Assembly: GCA_905178155.1 (NCBI GenBank)
Contig: CAJINV010000006.1
Location: 1,005,040-1,065,626 of the forward strand
From: Amoebophrya sp. A120
Lineage: Eukaryota; Protista; Dinoflagellata
Direction of reading: 5' to 3'
Length of the DNA stretch: 60,587 nucleotides
In this document: positions 11,801 to 24,200 of the stretch, in pieces
Layout: each line of letters begins with the position of its first letter
How positions within the stretch are numbered: position 1 is the first letter of the stretch
Notes under the pieces: model-generated
The model's input: only the letters and a program-made list of their open reading frames with translations
The model's database searches: none
Told to the model about the DNA's origin: nothing
Position numbers and translations under genes: made by a program

Positions 11801-13903
11801 CGTGGAGGTGGCGTTTCTCATGCGGAATAGGCATCAGGAATCCCTCTAAAAGTCTGTGATGCTAGGTCGTGCATTACAGGCATTCTGGGTCATGCAAAAT
11901 ATGCATGATCTTCCAGACCCAGACATTTTTACATTTGATAAAACAAGCCCAGGAACATCAAATTACTCGACCATGACCAGGGCTAATTTAGCCCAAGTGA
12001 AGCGTTTCTTCTACTTCGACATTTATGCGCCGGTGCCGAAGACGATTGCGGACACGATGTACGATCCAGAGTACCCGCGGGTCGACAAGAATTGGGACGG
12101 CGTGGAAGACTTTCAGGAAACACTGTGCTTGTCGGAAACAAATATTTTAGCGCTGTGTTCCCCAAATCTGGGAACAATCGACAAAGGAAAACTCCCTTCC
12201 CTGCTCGCCCAACTTCTGGTTTCCGGCTGGATTCCGGGGGCGCAGAAGATGCAGGCAGCGACAGCACACGAGACTACTTGGACTTGGACCTTGCGCGAGG
12301 GTCCTGGTCCTGGAACAAGCGCGGACGGCCGGGAAGATGAAGATCTAGTACTGAGCGGCGCAGCCCCCGCCTCCAGCAGTTTCTTCTACCAATACAAAGT
12401 GACGAAACGCGAAAACGTGCACAATAAACAGGTTTACTACACAGTGACGCACCCGTCCAAAGCGAAGACTTTCACGGGGCCGCCCGCCGTGCCTACCGCC
12501 GGGAGGGCGACCGCCGCACCCGCGGACGCCCCGGCGTCTAGTTCTTCGGACCTGCCGCCTATCACGGGACATCGTGGTCCTGGTGGGGAGGAGGTCGGCG
12601 TACCACGCGGACGACAAGCTGCACATGATCTTCCAGCTGCACCACGACCAACAGAAGAAGCTCCTGCTCGCGCCGAATATAAATTCAGCACTACCGCAGC
12701 CGTCGATGCGCTCAAGGATTTGCGCAGACAGCAAGCCACGGGGGCTTCTGTACTGGGTTCTGGGGCAGTAATGACGAGCACCGGGCCTACTTTCTCGACA
12801 TCAACATCCAGCGCATGGCACTGGGCAGCATATGAGGTTCTTGGTCCGGAGCGAACAACCTCTTCCCGTGATCACCAATTTTTGCGAGGCGACTCGCTCA
12901 TCATTCTCACACGACCGGGTTCGACGAACTCCGATGGGTTTCACCTGTTTGTGCGCAAGCCCGAAGCTGTAGATCCGGCGTTAAATGTTAACGGCAATAA
13001 TAAAGTCCAAACCACGCTTCGTTACCGCGCCAATGTGTTTGCGGAATTTGATATCAGGCCTCTTGTATGCATTGCAAAAGTATCGTACTAGTATAAATCG
13101 CAATACAAATTTCTCCAGAAGGAAAAATGGAATTTGTAATGCTGATTTCGCTCAGAAACAAGATTTGTCATGCATGATTGCAATTAGTACGAGTGCGATA
13201 CTTTTGCACAGGATATCTTGGCACAAAACCGGGGGCCGCGGTCGTGGTGCAACATGCGGCTAGTACGGTCCTTCGCCGGGCTCCGGAACTGGAAGTCGTG
13301 CGAGGGGGGAGTGCCTATGGAAGTCCTTTTCGGTCCAATCCGTACGAGAGTGGTTTGGCCGTCGTGCCTGCATCCGCTATTGGTACTACTACTTCATCCG
13401 GCGCTCCTCTTGTGCACCCCCGCCAGCAAGTGCAAGAACTTGCGTGGACAGTGACAGCTCCGCACCACTTCGACGGCGCGCAGGAGGTGCACTTCCTGCA
13501 GATCCAATTTTTGCTCAAACTGGCGCAGAAAGGTACTTCTAGCCGTCGTACGGCTGAGGGGGATGATGTGATCACCTCTTCCGGCACCGCCGAACCGGGA
13601 ACGACGCGACACCTAGGGAACCAGCCCTTGCAGGATATTGTGGACCGAGGGCAGCAGGACGGTAGACGCTGGGGGAGGACTACAACACCGTATCGCAATC
13701 ACGTAAACCTCGAACTGCACCGGTTTGTGAAAGATTGGCGCGACCTGGGTAGAGATGGTCCATTGGTGAATCCGATGCGAGACCCGAAGTTGCAAGTGTG
13801 CATTACAAGCTACGTTGAAGCTGGTGCCCCTCGAAGTACTGCAAGCACACACGGTGGGAATCGTGCACCAGATGGAGCGGAGACTGGTCGAGGTGGATTT
13901 TGA
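8882..13903 (+). CDS. uncharacterised large protein interrupted by 7 introners
   Basis: Removing 8994-9262, 9360-9593, 10058-10218, 10613-10773, 10860-11138, 11690-11940 and 13066-13215, each with one 5-bp TSD, gives one continuous frame to the stop at 13903. The 5' end is unclear (in-frame TAG at 8936). Confidence 0.7.
8994..9262. mobile_element. family A introner (TIR TATnnnnTGYAAAAATGTCTGGGTCTGGAA; mostly 235-277 bp)
   Basis: TSD CCGGG. Other family A copies start at 9360, 11690, 16493, 16863, 17816, 19554, 22535, 23042, 25196, 31321, 35290, 35971, 37714, 38099, 39760, 40844, 41705, 42010, 43203, 44831, 46549, 46862, 47716, 50205, 52236, 54265, 55683, 58382, 60059. Confidence 0.95.
10058..10218. 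mobile_element. family B introner (TIR TATnnnnTGCAAAAGTATCGTACT; 145-163 bp)
   Basis: TSD GGTGT/AGTGT. Other family B copies start at 10613, 13066, 17410, 18187, 18470, 20304, 22135, 22322, 23379, 35070, 37496, 38530, 39349, 41179, 41440, 42354, 46343, 47448, 47978, 48870, 50532, 52037, 53033, 55379, 59385. Confidence 0.95.
10860..11138. mobile_element. family C introner (TIR TATCnnnnGnAAAAACGTCCCCACCCC; 277-296 bp)
   Basis: TSD TGGCT/TGGTT. Other copies: 18805-19086, 23751-24032, 35635-35921, 45382-45658, 45987-46282, 54814-55107, 59591-59879. Confidence 0.93.
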
Positions 13904-15251
13904 GTAGCGACACTTCATTCTCAGTGAAGAAAGTCTGTCACAGTCATCATCTGTTTTGAGGATGAAAGTGGGCTATTAGGTGGAGAGAGAGCCGAGGCTG
14001 CTTTGCGCATATGTTATCTGTTTATTTCTCTTCGTTTTGCTTATAAAGATATCTACCTTGTTGTTTTGTACCTTTTTTGATTTATTTCCGCAGTACCTAT
14101 AATCCGTACGTTGTAAAATGATACTCACGAAGATCTGCAGCCCAGTTTGCCGCGTTTGGTTCTCATTTATTCTATAACAGCATCGGAAGACCGCGACTTT
14201 GACTTTCTACCAGTACTGAGAACAATTGAAAACGGCAAATGGCTTACACTCCCACTGGGCTGGGGTACACCTCCGCACGACTGCTGGACGAGCAGCATTA
14301 CAAATCGCGGGTTTTTTTTGACTTGTTGGAAGTACTAACACGTGTATGATTTTTTTACTTTTACATTTACCAAGAATTTCGCCCTGCATCAAGATGGCCT
14401 TCCTACAAGCATATACCAGAATTAACTAGACGTTGATGAATCGGAGAAGCTTCCTGTAGTTGTTGTATGATGAAGAACGTGCACATCTAGTTTATGGTTT
14501 ATTTTGTAGTAGTACGTGGCTCTAATTATTATTTCTGATTTTTTGGTCATTTTCTCAAGAAAGTAGTACTTTCTTACATGGCTCTTCGATGGTTCAAGCA
14601 AAAGTCCCCACGAACAATTCGAATTCCGTCACTGCTACACTTACAAGTAGAACAACAACAAAAAGAAGAAGAACACAGTTCTGGAGTGTAGTTGTTGTTG
14701 GCACGAAATAGATGGATGATGATGAACAACAAGTAGAAACAGCTGAACACCAGAAGCGGATGAAAAAATGGAGTAGAAATCCGTTATGAAATTTGAAAAA
14801 TAAAACGTCACATCATCAGTTGAATCGCTGGCGGTAAGACACATCAAGGGAGTTGTGAAAAAAAGCACTCTGATGTATTTCTTGGCGTTCACGATTGTGT
14901 GTCGTTCAAAACTAGTCTTTATGCCCGAGAGCTACAATTACGTTCAGAGCTGTCTTCGGGGAATGACCACACCCGGAGCTATTACGGGACTCCGATTCGT
15001 CTTCAAGATGAGGTATTGAGAGGGCGACGAGCTATAATTCTTGAGGGTACTCCTGTAATAGTATGAAGCTGCATGATGATCTGAGATGGATTACGAGAAC
15101 CTATCGTGGAGACAGGCGGAGAGAAAATGGAAAGGAAACAAGGAACTACAGCAGGCTGCTCCAACTTAATAATTTGTTGAGGCTGCTAGTAGCGTAGTTC
15201 CAGTTCTTCGAGGACGTGAAGATCATGTTCATACAAAAATAAAACATCAAA

Positions 15252-18200
15252 ATGTTCACCGCTTTTAGCAACCGCTTGATTTTTCCCGCCCCGCGGCGGA
15301 GCTACGAGAAGGACAGTTTTCCGGAGATATTGTGAGGAAAAATCTCCCCTCCCCAAATCCAAAACGAAATTTGTGTTGCTGTATTTGAGTACACAAATCG
15401 AATTGTATTGCTAGAAGGCCAAGAGACGCAGTTGCTCCCTCGTTTGCAGGGAATTTGTCATGCTGTTTCCGTTTCCAGTTGCTTTCTGTCATGCTAAAGG
15501 CGCAAGGCTTTCCTACGCCAGCCAGCACTACAATCCGCATCTCTTCCCTTCTAGCATGACAACGTGATTTGTGGTCACAAATCATGCTACACAAATCTCC
15601 CTTTCGGTATGGGGAGGGAGGATTTTTTATTTTGATAGGAGAATCTGTTTCTCCTCCCTGTCGATGGTGCTGTTGGCAGTAGTAGTAGAGAGGGTCGTGT
15701 TTCATCTTCTACCAGCGGTGCTGCGGAGGTGTGGTCTAGCACGACGACGTCCTCGGGTGCTCAGCACGACGAGCAAACGGGCCACAGCCCACCAGGACGA
15801 CGAGAGCAGGACGAGGACTACTACGTGGCTGCAAAGAGGAGTACTAGGAGAGGTTCTGCCTCATTCTCCACGTCGTCCTCGTCTTCCCGGGTTCTTTTTC
15901 CGGGGATACCCGTTCTGTTTTACTACGCAAGGGAGACATCAAACCTGCTGCAAATTTTTGTGCCAAACCTCTACGTAAAAAGAACTTCGGTCGTTTGTTT
16001 ATGAGTTTTAGATTTCCCGGCAAACAAAATCCTATCTGTATCATGAAGATCACGAATAAGTGAAAATGAAATACGAAACCATATCAGATTTAATTATTAT
16101 GCCTTTAAAGTTAGCTGAAGTAGAAAGCGTAAGACCCCGTCCCAGGGCGGGGGCTGATGAAAGTACTTATTATGTCCATCACCATCTCCGCTTCCACAGA
16201 AACAGCACTATAGAATTGTTCTGAATCAGTTATGGAGAGGCTCAGCAGGAGAACAGTTGCAGTGCATTTTTCCCCTATAGAACCCTTCAGCCTCATATCC
16301 AGGAAGAAACACCCATCCCCATCCATGTTTTGCATGACAAATAGGAGACTTTATGCATGTTTTGCATGACAAACTGGATGGGGTGGATGGGTGTTTTTTC
16401 CTGGATACTTCGAAGCTCGCCGTCTCCACTGTTGCGACCGTAAACAACCCCGGCGGAGGTCGTGGTGGGACAACTGTAAACGGGAACAGACCTACGCATA
16501 ATTGCAAATACGTCTGGGTCTGGAACAAGGTTGCAACTTGTAATGCTAATTCTGGATCGTGCAAAAATCTGTATTGCATGAATGCCAAAAGTCGTCCACT
16601 TTTGCTCAAGTTGAGTTTCTCATGCAGGATAGGCATGATAGGGATCTCACAGAATCTGTCATGCGAGGTCCTGCATTCCAGACGACATGGATCATAAAAA
16701 ATCTGCATGATAAGTCTCGGAATCTTCCAGAGAGACCCAGACATTTTTGCATTTGATAAGACCGAGACCGAAGCAATCTTCGTCCAAAACGCTGCTGCTT
16801 TACTTCCACGGCAATGCAGAAGATTTGGGGATGTGTCAGAGCTTCTGCCAGCACGTTTGGGATATGCATTGCAAATGTCAGTCACACAAAAAGCTGTCAT
16901 GCGTGAGTACCACTGGTGTAGTTGACCTTTGGCCATCTTGGGTGGAAAAGCATTTCTTATGCAGACTTCGAGGCATTCTATTTTTTTGCAAAGCTGTCGG
17001 GAAATAACTTGTGATGCTACAAAACGCCACCGGGGCCATGCTCAACATGCAAAACCTGCATCACAATAAACCTCGCAACTACCTTCCAGACCCAGACACA
17101 TTTGCAAGGCATATAGGAGCAGTTTCGGATAAACGTGTGTGCGATGGATATCCCACTAAAAAACTGTTTTACAACTGTGGTGATTTTGCAAGGTCTGCAT
17201 CACAAGTCTTTTTTTACACATGACACGGAAAATTTGCCATGCGCGCTCCCCAAGGGAATAAAACACGCTTGAACATCCAATGTAAGTATTGCAGGTGTAG
17301 CAAGACAAACACTTTGGTGCTTCGTTCTCTGCATCACAAGTTCACAGTGAAGCAGTTTTTTCGTGCGATAATGGAATACCCGGGCTACGGGTTACTCGAC
17401 AAATGTGGTTATCCTGTGCAAAAGTATCGTACTCGTAGTAATCGCAGTCATGCAACACAAATTTCTTTTTCAAGCTATTTCAGCATGAGAAATTCCATTT
17501 GTCATGCTGAGCTAGTTTGTATTGCAATACTACGAGTACGATACTTTTGCAATGCATAGTGGTCTGCACGCGTCCGAAGAGAATGTTTTCAAGTGTGCGC
17601 AGCAGCTTCTTCTCTGGCTGAAGCAGCACCGGGTGATCGCGTCGTATGAAGATGTGATCTGCATGGGCCGCTCCATCGGCTCAGGTCCGGCGACGTGGCT
17701 CTGCTCGAAGTACCCACTAGGAGGCCTCCTTCTCGTCAGTCCCTTCGCGTCCATCGATTCCGCCGTGCAGTCCATTGCGAACTTCGGCACCAGTAGCTTG
17801 TCGCACGCCGACGTATATCAAATGCAAATATGTCTGGGTCTGGAAACTTGTTGTAATGCTGAGGTGTGAACAGTGAACCAACTCTCTGTAATGCACAGCC
17901 AAGCATGACAAATATTTGCACTTCTTAGTGTTGCGCTTTCCGCATGACAAACTGCGTTTTCCATGACAAACAAATCAATGTTGTCTCTTCTTGGACACGC
18001 ATCACAAACTCTTCAGTCATGCCAGACAAGCATGACGAACTTGGCATCCTCCCAGACCCAGAGAGATTTGCAATGCATAACGTCGGCGCCGGCGCGCGGG
18101 TCAAAGCTGCGCTCGTCGGCTTTCTCTTCAAGAACCTGGTCTTTCCCTGGGTAACCTACGGGGCGGCGCCGGCGGTGGCCTCGGGGTATGAATTGCGAAA

Positions 18201-20465
18201 GTAACGTACTAGTACGTAGAAATCGCATGACAAATTCGCTCAGCATGAAAAATGAAATTTGTAATGCGGATTTACGATAGAAAAAAGATTTGTAATGCAA
18301 GACTTGCATTTATACGAGTGCGATACTTTTGCACAGGAAACGGGGGGCACTACTACAACGACCGGCAGCCGCTCGAGCACAACCTCCACAACAAGCAGCT
18401 TGTTCCCCGATCGGCGCGACCGGTTTCAAAATTTACTGCACATCCAGAACATCAGCAACCAGCCAGTGCTATGCACTGCAAAAGTATCGTACTAGTACAA
18501 ATCGCAATACAAATTGGCTCAGCATTACAAATTGAATTTGTAATGCGGATTTACCTAACCAACTAGATTTGTAATGCATAACTGCGATTAGGGCCCTTCC
18601 GTACGGCCAATTTGTATGTCCCGCAACGGGGTTCGCCTATGTCGGTCATTTGTATGTGAGGCGATGGGTTACCCGGTCGGCAGAGCCGATCCACAACGAA
18701 CGAACGATAACTGCGATTACTACGAGTGCGATACTTTTGCACAGGATAAGTACTGATTATCCACGGAAAATTGGACCGACTGATCCCGACCGAGCACAGC
18801 CTGGTATCCTGAGTAAAAACGTCCCCACACCAGAGTCAAGATGGGGTTTTTGCAACACAAACCTAGGAATTTTGGGAGTCACGCATGACAAGTTGCACTC
18901 CGCAGGGTAGCGCAGGTTAGCAAGTGCAGCCGCATCACAGATGCATCTGCTTATCCTGTTCACAACATCACAAATAATTCCAAAACACGATTGGGAATGT
19001 GTACCATGGGTATGCGCATCACAAATTTCCTTGTCATTGCAAATCTGCATGACAACTCTGGGGTGGGGACGTTTTTCCTCAGGATACCTGGAGCTGTTTA
19101 GCAATTGCCGAACCAACGCGCGGAAAAAACTCGTTACCCCGGACCAGATGGAGCACAACAGCAATTTGTTCGCGTATTGAGAGGAAAAATCCCCCCTCCC
19201 CATATTGAAAAGGCATGTTTCCGAAAATTTGCGTTGCTGCTTTGAGGCCACAAATCACATTTGTTTTGCAAGAAGACAAGGGCAGAAGCTTCCGCCCCAT
19301 TATGGAAGCGATTTGCCATGCTGTTGGGCCTAAAGGGGAGCCGCTTGCCATGCTAGACAACTAGACGCATACGCTCCTCCCTAGCTTGGGGATCTGACCG
19401 CAATGCTTTCCTGCAATACAAAGCGGATTTGTGTACCCAAATCCAGCATCAGAAATTTCGTTTCGATATGGGGAGGGGGGATTTTTCCTTTTGACATCGC
19501 GAATCCCGACTTTTTCGCCTTGCCCGTGTTGGAATTTTTCCAGTTCCCCGGCTTATCAAATGTAAAAATGTCTGGGTCTGGAAGAATGCAACTTGTAACG
19601 CTGTCTGCGGATTCTAAAACTATCTTTGTTGCATGAGCAGCATGAGGAGTCAGTTCTTGGCACGCGGAGAGGGCATTGCTTATGCGTAACTAGCTTCAAG
19701 AAGCTTTCAAAAAATCCATCACAGAGCTCACGTATCATGCAAAATGTGCATGACAAGTCCCGACTCTTCCAGACCCAGACACTTTTGCATTTGATACGGC
19801 TACATGAGCTACAATGCAGTGGCGATAGACGAGGAATTTCTAGCGATAAAGACGATCGCAAAGGATGAGGAGATGTTGGAAGACGCTGCTGGTGACCACG
19901 AGAAGAACGACCATGAGGGATTTTTTTTTGGCGCGTGTATTGTGAGGAAAAATCTCCCCTCCCCATATTGAAAACGAAATTTGTGATGCTGATTTGTGAC
20001 CACAAATCGGCTTGTATTGCTAGAAGGCCAAGAGATGCAGTTGTGGCCTGCATTGCAAGCCATTTGTCATGCTGTTTCCCACTTCCAGTTGCCTCCTGTC
20101 ATGCTGAAGATGCAAGGCTTTCCCACGCCAGCCAGCGCTACGCTTCGCATCTTTTGCCTTCTAGCATGACAAAGCTGATTTGTGGCTACAAATTTGCATC
20201 ACAGATTTTCGTTTTGAAATGGGGAGGGAGGATTTTTCTTCTTGATAGCGTGTCTCCGGCCCTTTGCGAGCAAGGCAGACAGAGATCGGGACAGGGAGGA
20301 GATTATCCTGTGCAAAAGTATCGTACTCGTATTGTGGAATCATGCATTACAAATCCTTTACCTAAGGCAAATCCGCATTACAAATTTTATTTCTCATGCT
20401 GAGGAAATTTGTAATGCATTTATACGAGTACGATACTTTTGCAGTTCATAGAGATTCAGATTTAA
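15252..20465 (+). CDS. ABHD17-like alpha/beta hydrolase (depalmitoylase family) split by 14 introners and one canonical intron
   Basis: Reconstructed motifs: LIFPAP..SY, LLYFHGNAEDLG, MEYPGYG, GRSIGSGP (Ser), LVSPF, VLIIHGKLDRLIP (Asp), MEHN (His); stop TAA at 20463-20465. A canonical acceptor (TTTTTCCCCTATAG) ends at 16280. Confidence 0.9.
15328..15637. mobile_element. family E introner (TIR TATTGnGAGGAAAAATCnCCCCTCCCC; 310-337 bp)
   Basis: TSD GGAGA. Other copies: 19175-19496, 19938-20247, 36632-36968, 40083-40409, 51664-51986. Confidence 0.93.
16296..16407. mobile_element. family G introner (112 bp, nearly all palindrome)
   Basis: TIR TATCCAGGAAGAAACACCCATCC / GGATGGGTGTTTTTTCCTGGATA; TSD CCTCA/CTTCG. 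Confidence 0.85.
17149..17370. mobile_element. family J introner (TIR TATCnCAnnAAAAAACTGTTT; 209-222 bp)
   Basis: TSD ATGGA; splits the MEYPGYG motif. Other copies: 45134-45342 and 56257-56465 (the latter inverted). Confidence 0.93.
18591..18706 (+). mobile_element. short retroposed fragment (SINE or 5'-truncated LINE end) nested in a family B introner
   Basis: 13-bp duplication ATAACTGCGATTA (18578-18590 and 18707-18719); 3' (AACG)3 tail; the host element returns to 150 bp when it is removed. Confidence 0.65.
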
Positions 20466-21261
20466 TGATACTTGTTTTCTATCGATGTTACTTCTATTGT
20501 AGACAATGACAAGCATCGCAAAAATAAAGATTCGACCGCCGACGGTGCAGCTATACGGAAGTACTGGAACAGCGACGGTGCTATAGCTACTGTTGTGTCG
20601 TGTCGATCAAAACTAGAACAGCAGCTCCAGGCGATAACATAAAAAACGTATCTAGTTTCATGTTGGCGTAATAAAAATAAAGTTCATCACACAAGAACGA
20701 GTTCTCAAGTTGACAGATCCCTGTCCGCTCATTTTTCTGGAAGCCGGACAGCAGGGAAGACCACAAAGGAAGACAGGAGGATCCTCCACCGCTATTTTGG
20801 TTCCTTTGCTGATCCTCGGGATCTATTTCTTTGGGTAGGATAGAGTACAACTATGGTCGCGTTCACCTCAACCACAACTACTATCTTGGTTCCTTTGCAG
20901 CTGGTCGGGATCTATTTGGGCGGTAGAACAGTCAGCAGTGCTGTTGTACAACTATCATGTACGAGGACCCAGCACAACTTGAGTAGAGCCAGAACTGCTG
21001 GTAGCAGTTCTATACAAGCACTAGCACTACGACTACAAGCAACATGCAATACCCGCAGGAGCACATGACTTGATATCCATATCGTTTCTTTTCGATATCT
21101 GTCTTCTACCATTTTTTTCCTTTTCTCAGCTCGTCAAATTTTGATTTATTTTGTCTTAAATTTTTGTTTTTCTATCGCGACAACACACATTTTTACTTTA
21201 TAAGTACCCAATCCATCTATTCATTTCTTCCGGAACCTCTACTACCAAAAGCAGCACAAAA

Positions 21262-24200
21262 ATGTCTACACCTTCGACGGGACAAGAACCATTGCGTGGG
21301 GCAGCTGCCGCGCCGGTGCGCCGTTGGGTCACCGGTAGTACTGGTGCAGCAGCAGTTCCTGGCGCAGCAGGTCCTGCGGCCTGCACAAAGATAATCTTCC
21401 GGGTGCTTGGGCTGCTTCATTTTTTCGACGGGCGTGGTGGTCTATTCGCGCCAGCGTGGCACCAAAGTAAAAGAACCAACAGCATTTTTCTAGCCGTGCA
21501 GGGTTTGCAGCTGGAGAAGTTGTTCTTGAAGCGGTCCGCTTCCTCTTCGTCCGCTCCGCCCGGTGGGGTCCACTTGTGTACTCGTTTTTCGGGCACGCCA
21601 CATCAAGCAGTAGCAGAACGAGCAGGACTACAGCTTCTTCACACGGCCGCAGGCACACCAGTAGCTGGGGAACATCTTCAAGCTGCAGGAGAATCGGATA
21701 CCGCTTCTCAAGAACCGATTTCCTCGGGAAGAAGTGCTGCAGTAGCTGCAGTCCCAGGAGAAGAGCTACAAGGTCCGTCTGCAGCTCCGTGGTGCGAAGA
21801 TCTTCAAGATGATGCCACGGCGGGCGTCCGCATCTCCTTTTTATCCCTAAAGCAGCGTACACAACTCCCAATCCTAAACCTCAACGGCGACACAATCAGT
21901 CACGTGTCTCTGCCGGTGGAGAGCATGGATAATTTCCGAAAGGAGTTTTTCGAAAATTATCTCTTGGGCCGCGCAGATGAAGTTGCGAGGACAACAGGAC
22001 GAGATCATACTGCTGGCTATGCAGGCGCCGGTGGTACAGGTACTAGTGGGACTACTGCAATAAAAGGAAATGTGGGCCACCTACAACGGAAAGAAGTGCT
22101 TCTACAGCCTTCCGAATTGCAGAAGGGCTTCCCCTATGAACTGCAAAAGTATCGTACTCGTATAAATGCATGACAAATTCCCTCAGCAAGAGAAATAAAA
22201 TTTGTAATGCGGATTTTCCTTGAGAAAAAAATTTGTAATGCATGATTGCAATACGAGTACGATGCTTTTGCACAGGATATCCCCGGAACCTACAACGCGA
22301 AAATTGTTTTTGGTGCAGCGCTATGAATTGCAAAAGTACTATCGTACTGCTCGTATAAATGCATTACAAATGTCCTCAGCATGAGAGATAAATTTTGTAA
22401 TGCTGATTTACCTTAAGAGAAAGATTTGTAATGCAGGATTGCAATACAATTACAGCGAGTGCGATACTTCTTTTGCACAGGATAAGCGCCGAATTTTTTT
22501 CCCGACCTGTGGAACATCGATCTCTGTAGTAGCGTATCAAGTGCAAAAATGTCTGGGTCTGGAAGAATGCATGTTTGTCATGCTTGTCTGGCATAACTCT
22601 GAAATCTGTCATGCACGTTTCCCAAGAGCTCCACTTTTCTGTGAGGCAGAGACGCAGTTTGTCATGCAGAATAGGCAACACCCAGAAGCTCAGAAAATTG
22701 TCATGCTAGCCACCATTTGTGGCCTCATCAAGAGACGCCACCCAGCATGACAAGTTTCCAGACCCAGACATTTTTACACTTGATATAGCGTGAGCAGGAG
22801 CCCCGGAAGTTGTATTCCAATTCGTGCGGGGGTAGCTGCTCCTGGGGCGGCTGATATTAGCAGCTCGTCGTCGTCTACGCGCGAGCAAGAGATGAAAATG
22901 TGCGAGCCTGAAGACCACCTTAGACAAAATGATGAAACTACACAGCTTGACCTCTTCAATCGCCAGGTCTATTTGGACGAAGTCGGGCTGGGGTTGGCTC
23001 ATCATCTTCCAGGTTCATCTACTTCGATACACGGTGGACCTTATGGATTGCAAATATGTCTGGGTCTGGAAGGTTGCAACTTGTGATGCTGTGTTTGGAT
23101 TCCAAAAAAAATTTGTATTGCATGACCAGCAACAGGTGTCCAGTTCTTGCTACGTGGAGGTGGCACTTCTCATGCGGAATTGGCATCAGGGATCCCTCTA
23201 AAAGTCTGTGATGCTAGGTCGTGCATTACAGGCATTCTGGGTCATGCAAAATATGCATGACAAACCTGGCAATCTTCCAGACCCAGACATTTTCACATTT
23301 GATAGACCTGCTGCTGTAACAAATTTTATTCACCAGCATGCTGTGCTAATCCAAAGCCAATTGCCGTCCTTGGCCGACTATGAACTGCAAAAGTATCGCA
23401 CTCGTATAAATGCATGACAGATTTCCTCAGCATGAAAAATGAAATTTGTAATGCCGATTTACCTTGAGAAAGAAATTTGTAATGCATGACTGCGATTACT
23501 ACGAACGAGTACGATACTTTTGCACAGGATACCGACCCCTGGACTTTCTACCGCGGAACAGACTTGGTCGACAAAATCGAGGAATACGTGTTCTCGGAGC
23601 CGGGAGATGATTATCTTTATCAAAACGGGTGTAGAGAGCGGACCGTCCCGGGCGGAGGGATTAGATGCAAGAATTTTGTCATCGACCAAGATCCTTCCGA
23701 CCAAGAATTTCGAACGCACGTGTTCACGGTCTTGAACAACATTTGGGTGGTATCCTGATTAAAAACGTCCCCACACCAGAGTCAAGATGGGAAATCTGCT
23801 AGACAAATCAGCCAGCTTTCGTTGTTTGGCATGACAAGTTTGTCCTCGTAGTTTAGTCCTGTTGAGCTAGTTCAGGAGAAGCATCACAGATCTAGCGCAG
23901 CATGCTGATTCTAGCATCGCAAATTCCAAAACACGAATAGAGAATGCCTCTCATAGGGCTCCGCATGAGAAACTTTTTTGGCATGCAGAATTGCATGACA
24001 GCTCTGGGGTGGGGATGTTTTTACACAGGATAGGTGGCCTTGCAGGAGGAGGCGCGAACAAATGAAGCGCTCGCCTTTGTGTTACTAGGGAAGAAACAAA
24101 TGCAAAGTAAATCTGCTGCCGCTGCGCATAACAAAGAGGATTCGACTGCAGAACAAGGATCATCTTCATCATCATCTGGAAATAAAGCGAGGGAGGACGT

